IMG/VR virus record: IMGVR_UViG_3300047160_006886
Span: 1 to 64,000 of that record
Origin: a virus
Direction: 5' to 3' (one strand)
Length of the DNA stretch: 64,000 nucleotides
Below the pieces are notes generated by a model, which ran no database searches, was not told the DNA's origin, and saw nothing but the letters and a program-made list of their open reading frames with translations. Position numbers and translations under genes: made by a program. Positions 25,301-32,578 of the stretch are shown piece by piece. The first letter of the stretch is position 1; each line of letters opens with the position of its first letter.

Positions 25301-27534
25301 GTCATCAGAGACGTTCCTTCCGACGACCCTCGCTTGGACTCAAGTCCGAATCCTATGTCCCAGTGCCCTCCTCCTCCATGTTCTGCGTCGAAGAAGAACT
25401 GCCTATCTCCAACTTCAAACTTGGTGGAATATCGCAGACCATCATCCTTGACAATCTCGTGCCTCGAAGAGCAGCTGTTGTCTTCACCCCCACCTTCACC
25501 AGTTGCACAGAATGCATTGAGCACTCCATCCGCTCTCTTGCACTCCTCCCACGCCCTGGCGTACAGAGTCTTCGACCCCTCCTTTATCCGCCTGACCGCC
25601 TCAGCCTCGCCGGGGGTCATCTCCTCGCGCCCCTCATGCTCCATCGCCGCCTTGATAGCCCGGACCACGTCGTAGGCGTTGTGGTCTCGCTCCCGGGCAA
25701 TCCAGATCGGCTTGAGGCAGAAGATCACCTCGACGACGAAGCCGGAGGAGAGCCGGTAGTTAACCAGCAGGTCGCGGTAGCCGTTGGCCATCGGCTCCTT
25801 GAAGCGGTCCTTAGGTAGGCGAGCGAGAGAGCCGCCGGACTCCTCGACCCAAGAGAGGAGTTGATCGGCGGCGTCCCTCAGCTCCTGCATCGAGTCGGTC
25901 AGGACCGCCGCCCTGACGACATCGAGCAGCCGCGACCAGTCGCCGTCGTAGTCGCTCTTGACCTTCTCTTCGGCTCTCTCCTCCCCCTTCTGCGGGGCCA
26001 GGACGACGAGGCCGCCGGGCTTGTCCAGCTTAACCTCCAGGTCACCAAGTTCGAGATCCTGGTAGCGTACCATCGGATAACCCAGCTTAGCGAGCAGACC
26101 TTCCAGCTCATCCTGTCCTCCCTTGGCCATGTCTTTGAGGTCGTCGTAGTTGTCAGCATCGGAGATCGGCTGCTTCGGCTCGCCATAGACTTGCTCGACG
26201 ACCTCCGGCAGCAAGTCCTCCTCCCAGTCCTTGTCGCTCGTCGCATGGATCGACTTGTCATCAACATAGGCGACCGCCTCCATCTTCTTCTTGACCCCGT
26301 CATGGTCAATGCCCCACTCTTTGAGCTTCTTCCTGACTCCCGGCGGGTCGGGATTGGCGGTGAAGATGACAACCTTGAAGCCGGCTGCTCGCAGCTTCTT
26401 CAGTCCGTCCTTCGCTCCTTCCCTCAGAGTCATCCGATTGAAGTCGTGGACGCCGGGATCATTGGTGATGGTGCCGTCGAAGTCGATGCCAACCGTCCGC
26501 TGAGCATCAGGGACGGTGTTGAGAGCCGGCATCAGCGAGATGACGGTCTTCTCCCCGTCCGGGTCCGAGAAGACGAGGTCGGTCAGCGACATCTTCATCC
26601 TGGCCACGGAGTCGTCGCCTGTGTACTTCGGTCCCAGACCGGCCTTGACGTAGGCCAAGGTGACGTGCGGCGAGTATCCGGCGTGAGTCTCGACGTGGTC
26701 CAGGCTCGCCAAGAGGCGGTTCAGCCTCTCCAGCTCCGAGCTGACGACATCGATCTTCACCACGTCGGCACCGTCGCTGCTCTCGGTGGCCGGGAAGAAC
26801 GAAGTCTTGCCTAGCTCGATCTCGACGATGCCGAAGCCCGACACCAGCCGCCGGACCTCCTCCGGGTCCTTCGTGGTCAGGCCGTAGCGGACGGTCACGT
26901 GGATCTCATCCTCTTTGCCCTTCCCGGCCAAGTCGTCGTCGGCGATCCTGTCCTGCAGGGCGAGGATCTTCGGCAATGGATCGCCGGTCAGGTCGAACTG
27001 AGTTGAGGAATACCTGTGCTCACCTCCTTCACCAGTTGCACAAAAAGCATTATCCACGAACTCTGGTGACCAATCTTTGTAGGCAAACCCATCCACATCG
27101 ACGAAGCGACATGGCCCGCCCGGATAGTCCTGCTCGAAGCGGGAGCCGTCGGGGACGCCGTCGGGCAGGGGCATGAAGACGTTGACGGCGATGCGGAGGT
27201 TGCCGTTAGCTAGAGGGAGCGGCGGAGTCGCCATCCGCTGAGACCCGGCTTCCCTGCCGCTCCCCGACCCCGAGGTGAGGTTCGCTGTCGTTGTCTCCTT
27301 CAACCCCCTCAGACCAAAGGCGTCCTCGTCGACCACCAACTTGACGATCTGACCCTTGAGCCGGTCGAACTGCCGGCGGATCTTGGCGGCAAACTGGCGG
27401 CGGAGAGCCAGCGTCCGGGACGGGTCGATCCGGGACGGACTCTTCCGCCGCCTGGCATCCGTGCCGCCATGAGGAGACTTTCGGCGATTGATCGCTGCCC
27501 GCAGCTGGAACTTGCTCGGAGTGCGGATCTTCAT
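22300..27534 (-). CDS. MuF (SPP1 gp7-like) minor head polyprotein with multiple inserted effector domains
   Basis: MuF core IARTE...EWSTADD..VCPDC...PQHPNCRC; 2H HVT...HVT; HAD DFDGT; RelA/SpoT DVVR...GYRD; HELQH; DGHHR; DUF2924; HELGH...ENFAE. Confidence 0.9.
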   Translation of the reverse strand: MKIRTPSKFQLRAAINRRKSPHGGTDARRRKSPSRIDPSRTLALRRQFAAKIRRQFDRLKGQIVKLVVDEDAFGLRGLKETTTANLTSGSGSGREAGSQRMATPPLPLANGNLRIAVNVFMPLPDGVPDGSRFEQDYPGGPCRFVDVDGFAYKDWSPEFVDNAFCATGEGGEHRYSSTQFDLTGDPLPKILALQDRIADDDLAGKGKEDEIHVTVRYGLTTKDPEEVRRLVSGFGIVEIELGKTSFFPATESSDGADVVKIDVVSSELERLNRLLASLDHVETHAGYSPHVTLAYVKAGLGPKYTGDDSVARMKMSLTDLVFSDPDGEKTVISLMPALNTVPDAQRTVGIDFDGTITNDPGVHDFNRMTLREGAKDGLKKLRAAGFKVVIFTANPDPPGVRKKLKEWGIDHDGVKKKMEAVAYVDDKSIHATSDKDWEEDLLPEVVEQVYGEPKQPISDADNYDDLKDMAKGGQDELEGLLAKLGYPMVRYQDLELGDLEVKLDKPGGLVVLAPQKGEERAEEKVKSDYDGDWSRLLDVVRAAVLTDSMQELRDAADQLLSWVEESGGSLARLPKDRFKEPMANGYRDLLVNYRLSSGFVVEVIFCLKPIWIARERDHNAYDVVRAIKAAMEHEGREEMTPGEAEAVRRIKEGSKTLYARAWEECKRADGVLNAFCATGEGGGEDNSCSSRHEIVKDDGLRYSTKFEVGDRQFFFDAEHGGGGHWDIGFGLESKRGSSEGTSLMTHDPNTSPIKVLRGVQTSLSQFIKDKQPRSMEFTAAKSEPSRVVFYDRISKEIGKSYGYSVDVRDLPAMKEYTLTRNAFCPTGEGGGVDPSCSPKVRSSGKLRAGNARAKRYLEWLEGEAHVPMHGVTVHVLKNALPQAFGDGKGGARVNLPHILFTDPELKDQAGRTWRHELQHARDITDKRDELTRDQMEKRARDAERSEVRVKAQTRNALIDNTRWKFHTTSEQVEAFKAWLKQQVQSQIRGQTMDQLWQQYIMQGYAKGQGRAFEDATAAEKALGQTMGEPMDFFEGTKAQFLRSAFANPISIDRVKQLAGRVFTELDGVTQLMAIRMSRTLLDGLVQGQSPRDIGRDLSKAVDVGRERALTIARTEIIRAHAEGQLDGFDALGIEEVGAAVEWSTADDEDVCPDCEQLDGVVLTTDEARGMLPQHPNCRCAWIPANVGEDTKGQKRSKSAISTILKVVGAVTGSPLSTSRPKSILNIRHFGTDGARLWPACPWPGYTWNAFCPTGKGGGVDPSCSHSEKPKYDPPSKKLVEDAVSEAEAGNVRNIRELKWKLVSVPVRALAGSENPIGDSPPRKDIASIIKKNPSGLHPPVITEGVPEGMEESKHSKWSVEDGHHRVNEFRKAGHKFIWALQVYNPKGKEPLTYNAFCPTGPGGGQDNSCSPGKGQPHPPVGGTFEKTYKGQKIKVEVTHDGYKIGDKVHKSLTAAAKAVRGTDTPINGWAFFGLTKAAPQSLLPLPPAVTTPSPTTEHGLGSVLSSVAKDTGYSKEQLKAGLSSDMEMRTKVTGSIFKSGSAVENAVTQVVRGNPNRVVEITSGLAGGPVKEFSDTPKYDLDALTKITVHKTALGGEALANLGSRQIEVGSTTRPGSYRHELGHVLRGSLGGSSYSNKNTMTEAISDEYKKVMDRVKADPAGLKTKMPHEWYEEKYGVAGRRSLDNWEENFAEHYRLYHREIYRDKYEGGDGKFLEGYRKRHPGMAKIFDAHYTTALLKEHLGG

Positions 27535-27641
27535 GACGTCACTTGCTCCCGAAGTACCACATGGCGAAGATGAGGAGAGCCACCAGCCCCATCACACCGG
27601 TGATGAAGATGTCCCACGGGTCATGCTGTTGCGATGCTGGG

Positions 27642-28196
27642 CTACTCATCAGGAGTCTTCTTCTCTTCTGTCTTGACTTCAGCCTCAGTTCCCTTCGGTT
27701 CGCCGAGATCGAGATCATAGGCGTGCTTGCAGCGGTAATTCTTGGCTCCGCAGGTCGGGCAGTCGGGGAGGGGGTCCTCAACGCCGAGCACCTGGATTTC
27801 CTGCATGACGATGCTCTCCTGCCACAGGTGGCGGACCCGAGCCGCGATGATCTCACCGCTGAAGACGACGATGTCACCCTCCTTGACCGACTTGACCTCC
27901 GGGCCGATGGCGATGACCAGTGCCCTGGCCGTCGCCGGCCGGTCCTTCGAGCCTTCGGGCAGGACGATGCCCTGCTTCGTCCGCTTCTGCTCGAAGTAGT
28001 GGACAGCGATGAGGTCCTTGATGGGCGTGAAGGTCTTCTTTGGGATCGGCTTGTCGACCGCATCAACCAGCATCGAGTCGGGAGCCAGGACGGCCGCCCC
28101 ATCGGCCGCCAGCTGGTCGCCGCTGAGGGTCCGCATCGAGGGCACCATCGGTGGCTGTTGATCGTATCGCTTTCTCCCGCGGTTGTGTCTGCTCAT
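27642..28196 (-). CDS. groES: GroES/Cpn10-like co-chaperonin with C-terminal Cys motif
   Basis: FTPIKDLIAV...TKQGIVLP...VIAIGPEVKSVKEGDIVVF...IQVLGV, then CPTC...C.H. Confidence 0.8.
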   Translation of the reverse strand: MSRHNRGRKRYDQQPPMVPSMRTLSGDQLAADGAAVLAPDSMLVDAVDKPIPKKTFTPIKDLIAVHYFEQKRTKQGIVLPEGSKDRPATARALVIAIGPEVKSVKEGDIVVFSGEIIAARVRHLWQESIVMQEIQVLGVEDPLPDCPTCGAKNYRCKHAYDLDLGEPKGTEAEVKTEEKKTPDE

Positions 28197-28936
28197 CGCT
28201 TCTTTTCCTCCTTATTATTGCTGCTCTGCACTTCATCCATTGTCATCACGGGGTGGATCTCCCAGACGGTCACATTGCCGACGCCGCCGCCCCGGCGGTT
28301 GCTGAGGTTATGTCCCTTGTGCTCCCCATCCCAGAACGCCTTGCCGGTGATTCGGAGGATCGGCTTGCGGCTGAGATTGATCCAGTTGGTGTCCTTGCCG
28401 AGCGTGAACGGGAACTTCTGGTCGGGAGCGAACTCATTGAAGAACCGGGTGCGGATCTGGTCCCACGGCTCACCGAGCGGGATCTCGACGACGACCTCCG
28501 GCCCGGACCCGGAGACATCCTGCAACATCAAGTGGATGTCCCCGTCGGCCTCGGCCTTGGCGACGGTCAGCCGGCCGGTTAATTGATACCAGAGCTTCTC
28601 GCGACCGGAGCGGGGAGTCGCCTTGGTCACCCGGCCCTGGAGGTCCGGCCAGGAACCGACGACGATTGGCGTGACCTGGTTGGCTTCGAGGATGGCATCC
28701 GGCGGCACTTCGCCGTCGGTCTTCGCATCCCACCGCCAGACGCCGTGGTTGCCCTGGCAGGCAGTCGGTGAGAGGAAGATGACCTCCTGCTTCTGGAGGT
28801 TCCTCGGGTCGCCGTTGGTTAAGTCGATTTCGGTGGCCTTGCCATCGCAGCCGGAGAAGAGGATGAAGAAGCTCTCGACCACCAGGCAAACGATGCCGAA
28901 CGACGCCAGCATCACAGTTAATGCTTGTCTTTTCAT
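28193..28936 (-). CDS. Exported (lipoprotein-like) OB-fold protein
   Basis: Hydrophobic N-terminus ending in LFSGC; EADGDIHL...VVEIP...ITG.AFWD..H...WEIHPV motifs. Confidence 0.6.
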   Translation of the reverse strand: MKRQALTVMLASFGIVCLVVESFFILFSGCDGKATEIDLTNGDPRNLQKQEVIFLSPTACQGNHGVWRWDAKTDGEVPPDAILEANQVTPIVVGSWPDLQGRVTKATPRSGREKLWYQLTGRLTVAKAEADGDIHLMLQDVSGSGPEVVVEIPLGEPWDQIRTRFFNEFAPDQKFPFTLGKDTNWINLSRKPILRITGKAFWDGEHKGHNLSNRRGGGVGNVTVWEIHPVMTMDEVQSSNNKEEKKR

Positions 28937-28938
28937 AA

Positions 28939-29256
28939 TCAGGGTCTCTCGTGAATCTGATGCACTTTGCCCATATTGGCGAATGCGAACTTCTGCAATT
29001 CGGCCAGCCCCTCGACGGTGCCTCCGAACCGAATGTAGAGCTGCGAGTGATTGTACAGCTCCAAGTCATACGTCACCGCTTCGATGAACCAGTCGCCCCG
29101 ATCCGGCGGCGGGAGAACCAGAGAGTCCGGACTTCCCAGCATCCTCATGTCTGCCGCGGTCGCGGGGAGTATCTTGACCACCCCGCTGCCGATGGCTCCG
29201 ATGAGGCTCGACTTGGCGATCAGGCCCAAGAATCCGCGACGGTCCTGATTCATCAT
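28939..29256 (-). CDS. Twin-arginine (Tat) signal-bearing small protein
   Basis: MMNQDRRGFLG plus a hydrophobic h-region; ATGA overlap with the upstream gene. Confidence 0.65.
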   Translation of the reverse strand: MMNQDRRGFLGLIAKSSLIGAIGSGVVKILPATAADMRMLGSPDSLVLPPPDRGDWFIEAVTYDLELYNHSQLYIRFGGTVEGLAELQKFAFANMGKVHQIHERP

Positions 29257-30080
29257 GACAGAGTCTCCCTTTGCCGGAGAAGTTCTTCGTTGATGCGGTC
29301 GACCTCCTTCAAAAGCGGCGAGTCGTACTCGGCGATGAATGCTCTGATATCCTTGGGCAGGCAGCGGCCGCTGTAGCCGCGGTAGCCGTCCTTCATCACG
29401 GAGAGGTGGTGCATGCCGAACCAGGGTATCCTCGCCAGGGCGTACTCGATGCCGTCCCAGTCCGTGATGCCAACCTTCTGACAAGCGTCGTACATCTGGT
29501 TGCCGAAGATGGTCAGGGTGGCGAAGAGGCAGTTGACCGAGTACTTGACCATCTCCGCCGAGGCATTGTCAAAGAACATATGCTTCGCCGCCCAAGAGAA
29601 GAAGTTCGGATAGTCGTGGATAAACTTCCCTGCCAGTCGTCCGCCGACGACGACCATCCAGGGCCGCTTGGCGTCCTTCTCGGCAGTCCGCTCCGAGAGG
29701 AACTCCGGGAAGGAGACGATGTCAACTCCGTGCTGCTCAATCAGCCGCTTCGCCGTACCAGGGATGACGGTCGAGCGGATGACGAAGGGCATCTTCAACT
29801 GCTTGAAGTCGACGATGATCTGTTCGACGATGGAAGTGTCGCAGGACCCGATCCTCCGAGCGCTTGGATCGCCATCCGGGATGTCGTTGGGAATCTCGGC
29901 TGGTGGATTGAACTCCGGCGTTGGCACGCATATCCAGAGCCAGCCCTTACCGTCGGACTTCCGCGACATGTCCCGCAGGGCCTTGCTCACCTCACCCTGG
30001 TCGTAGCAGCTCTCCCGCGGGATCTTGAAGACCGCCGCGGTAGCCTTGCCGACCACTCCGTAACCGAACAATGCATCCAT
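29253..30080 (-). CDS. UDP-glucose/GDP-mannose 6-dehydrogenase family protein (lacks C-terminal UDP-binding domain)
   Basis: GYGVVG, CVPTP, RSTVIPGT, PEFLSE, AEMVKY..N and GYSGRCLPKD; only 275 aa. Confidence 0.85.
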   Translation of the reverse strand: MDALFGYGVVGKATAAVFKIPRESCYDQGEVSKALRDMSRKSDGKGWLWICVPTPEFNPPAEIPNDIPDGDPSARRIGSCDTSIVEQIIVDFKQLKMPFVIRSTVIPGTAKRLIEQHGVDIVSFPEFLSERTAEKDAKRPWMVVVGGRLAGKFIHDYPNFFSWAAKHMFFDNASAEMVKYSVNCLFATLTIFGNQMYDACQKVGITDWDGIEYALARIPWFGMHHLSVMKDGYRGYSGRCLPKDIRAFIAEYDSPLLKEVDRINEELLRQRETLS

Positions 30081-30083
30081 GAC

Positions 30084-30329
30084 TCAGGTCTCCTCCGTCA
30101 GAGGCTGATTGACAGCTGACATGTGATTGTACCGCTCCGAGATCAGCTCGTCGAGCTTCTGCCCCATCTCCCAGGTGACGACGTAGAGAACGATGCCGCC
30201 GCCGTAGTGGTCCGTCAACCGGATCTCCCGCTTACGAGCCCCGTCCTTCTCCATCACGTCAGCGATGAACTGGGGCAGGACCTCTCCCAACCGTTCGACG
30301 ATCTCCGGATAATACATCTTCTTGCTCAT
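30084..30329 (-). CDS. Hypothetical protein
   Basis: GAGGAGG RBS; ATGA coupling. Confidence 0.6.
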   Translation of the reverse strand: MSKKMYYPEIVERLGEVLPQFIADVMEKDGARKREIRLTDHYGGGIVLYVVTWEMGQKLDELISERYNHMSAVNQPLTEET

Positions 30330-31015
30330 GGTATCCTCCTCGATCTGACGCCCGACTGTCCATCGCCCCATATCTCCAGACCGAACCGCTTGATGACGTC
30401 GGGGTGCTTGCGGGTGCCTTCGTCATCGTGCCACCGCAGGAGCAGATCTCGCTCGAACAGCTCGCCCCAGGCCCCCGGCATGCTGGGGTCCATGAAGTAG
30501 AACCAGTTGCCCCGCCAGCCGACGGCGACCACGTCGTGACCGTTCTTGTTCTTGTCGTAGGTCGCCGGGTTGCCGTATGCCTGGATCGAACAGATGACGT
30601 TGTGGCCCTTGTCGATCATCAACCGCAAGTCAGCCGGGGCGATGTCGTCGTGGACCTCGACGTGGAGGCCGAGCGACTTGCAGTAGTGGACGATGTCCTC
30701 GTAGAGCGTGCCGTTCGCCTTGGTAGTCCGGACCTCGCGCTCGACCTCGGCGAAAGTCCGCTTGCCGACTCCCCAGCGTGAAGTCACCGAGAGGGTACAG
30801 GCCGCCCCGCAGCCGTCGCTGTCGAGCTGCTGGACCTGGGGAACCGGAGCCTTGATGTCCTTGGTCAGGACCGGATCGTTGGTCAGAGCGTCCAGCGGCG
30901 ACGAACCGATCCGGTCCTGCGACGGAGCCAGCAGGCAGAGATAGGCAAGCGGGATGCAGACCCACGGCACCCAGCTGCTCCAGAACAATCTCATGAATCG
31001 TCCGGATCGACTCAT
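30326..31015 (-). CDS. Exported C39-like (papain fold) cysteine peptidase
   Basis: Q.....CGAAC, GHDVVAVG and FMDP catalytic motifs; N-terminal hydrophobic segment. Confidence 0.8.
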   Translation of the reverse strand: MSRSGRFMRLFWSSWVPWVCIPLAYLCLLAPSQDRIGSSPLDALTNDPVLTKDIKAPVPQVQQLDSDGCGAACTLSVTSRWGVGKRTFAEVEREVRTTKANGTLYEDIVHYCKSLGLHVEVHDDIAPADLRLMIDKGHNVICSIQAYGNPATYDKNKNGHDVVAVGWRGNWFYFMDPSMPGAWGELFERDLLLRWHDDEGTRKHPDVIKRFGLEIWGDGQSGVRSRRIP

Positions 31016-31224
31016 GTCAATTTTCCAGACAAGAAGTCCTCAAAATCCTGCATCCCCTTTGGATCGATGCTCAGGCGATCCTCGTCGGTGAGATCTTCGA
31101 TCTTCTTGAAGCGGCCAACTGTGTTGGCCCGACTGATGAAGACGAACTTCTGCCCGCAGACGCACTGAGACAATCCCGGTCCAATGGTGCGGCAGTCACG
31201 ACTAATGTGCTTGCAATTGTTCAT
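31012..31224 (-). CDS. Small Cys-containing hypothetical protein
   Basis: CxH...CxC; translationally coupled to the next gene. Confidence 0.55.
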   Translation of the reverse strand: MNNCKHISRDCRTIGPGLSQCVCGQKFVFISRANTVGRFKKIEDLTDEDRLSIDPKGMQDFEDFLSGKLT

Positions 31225-31234
31225 TGATGACCCC

Positions 31235-32365
31235 CTACTGTACTGGAGTTTGGATGGTGTAGAGGTTGCCAGGATTGACCATCAGATTCTGCCAGACCGG
31301 CACGCCCGGCTGAGCGTTGCCCGCCTGAGTCTGCGTGAAGAACTGCTGGCCGGCGTTGGGCTGGAGTGAGATGGTCGCCGTGGTGAAGTTGCCGCCGACC
31401 GAGGCCGAGTTCCAGGTGCAGTTCTGGCCGTAGCTCATGATGCCGCAGGTCGCGAAGCCGGTCCCGCCGAAGCGGTCGCCGAGGACCGAGAACTGGTTGA
31501 AGATGCAGTTGGACGAGTTCTTGAGCACGCTCTGGTGCAGGCCATTCGCCTCGAAGGTACCGGCGTTCCAGACCCCGTTGCACGACGACAGGAGGCCGGT
31601 CTGCAGGCCGACATTGTTCTCCTCGAAGCGCTGGAGGTTGCCGACTACCGTGCCGGAGATGTCCTGGCCGACTCCGCAGCCGGTGTAGACGCAGTTGTCG
31701 AACTGCACCCGCATCCAGCCCTGCACGCCGGCGGTCTTGCAGTTGATGAAGCCGCAGTCGACGAAGTGGACCGAGGTATTAGGCAGCGGCGGGTTGCCGA
31801 CCCTCCCCGAGTACCAGCCCCGCCCCGCTCTCGTCGAGAAGAAGCAGCGGTCGATGGAGCCGAGGTAGATGCCGGTGATCGAGACCGCGTCAGCCGGAGC
31901 GGTGGCCGAGGAGGCGTTGTTCGAGTTGGTGATCTGCACGTCGCGGATCTCGACCGGCACGGTGCCGATTCCTCCGCTCGTGCCCCTCCGGACCGTGCCG
32001 ACTGGATCGGCCGAAGTCAAGACCGAGGCGGCCTGTCCCCCCAGCGATCCCGCTCCGACGATGCGGACCGCCGGCAATACATCCCATGAAGCTGAAGCGT
32101 TCGTGATGCCCGGAGCCAGCCGGATCTTCGCACCGGAGAAGCCGCCGCCCTTGACGCCGCCTGCCGAAGCAGCCATCTGAGCAATGAGGTTCTGCAGAGC
32201 CGTCGAGCAGTCCGGACCGGGAGCGACTCCGTAGTCCGGTCCCCAGATGCAGCCCTCGTGATCCCAGGCCAGCGGCGTCGGCGTCTGGTAGTACCTCGCC
32301 GATACGAAGGCCAGCGGGACGAAGCCGCAGAGGACAATCACTGCCATCGACAAGAGTCTCTTCAT
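31235..32365 (-). CDS. Signal peptide + right-handed beta-helix (pectate lyase/tailspike-like) protein
   Basis: DYGVAPG.DCSTALQ..I...GAKIRLAPG cap followed by N/G-rich rungs; AAGGAG RBS. Confidence 0.7.
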   Translation of the reverse strand: MKRLLSMAVIVLCGFVPLAFVSARYYQTPTPLAWDHEGCIWGPDYGVAPGPDCSTALQNLIAQMAASAGGVKGGGFSGAKIRLAPGITNASASWDVLPAVRIVGAGSLGGQAASVLTSADPVGTVRRGTSGGIGTVPVEIRDVQITNSNNASSATAPADAVSITGIYLGSIDRCFFSTRAGRGWYSGRVGNPPLPNTSVHFVDCGFINCKTAGVQGWMRVQFDNCVYTGCGVGQDISGTVVGNLQRFEENNVGLQTGLLSSCNGVWNAGTFEANGLHQSVLKNSSNCIFNQFSVLGDRFGGTGFATCGIMSYGQNCTWNSASVGGNFTTATISLQPNAGQQFFTQTQAGNAQPGVPVWQNLMVNPGNLYTIQTPVQ

Positions 32366-32401
32366 CGTGTCAACTCCTTGCTCGGGTTATAAGGTAAGCG
32401 T

Positions 32402-32578
32402 TCACTCCATCAAGTCTTGTTTCTCACCACACTTCGGGCAGGTCAAATAGCCCTGGATATCTATACCCTTATTGTCGCTAGTCACTGTGATGTCCTTCAC
32501 AGTCAGCGACCACTCATGATCGCACCACGGGCAATGAACCTCGAACGACATCTCGTTATCCCGCTCGGTCGTAGTCAT
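32402..32578 (-). CDS. 58-aa zinc-ribbon protein
   Basis: Manual translation gives CPWC...CPKC; ATGA overlap. Confidence 0.6.
   Translation of the reverse strand: MTTTERDNEMSFEVHCPWCDHEWSLTVKDITVTSDNKGIDIQGYLTCPKCGEKQDLME

Noticed and set aside
22125-27051. CRISPR array, DGR or intein interpretation of the repeated tags
   Set aside because: The repeats are conserved at protein level with synonymous variation and irregular long spacing. There are no cas or RT genes and no Hint motifs.
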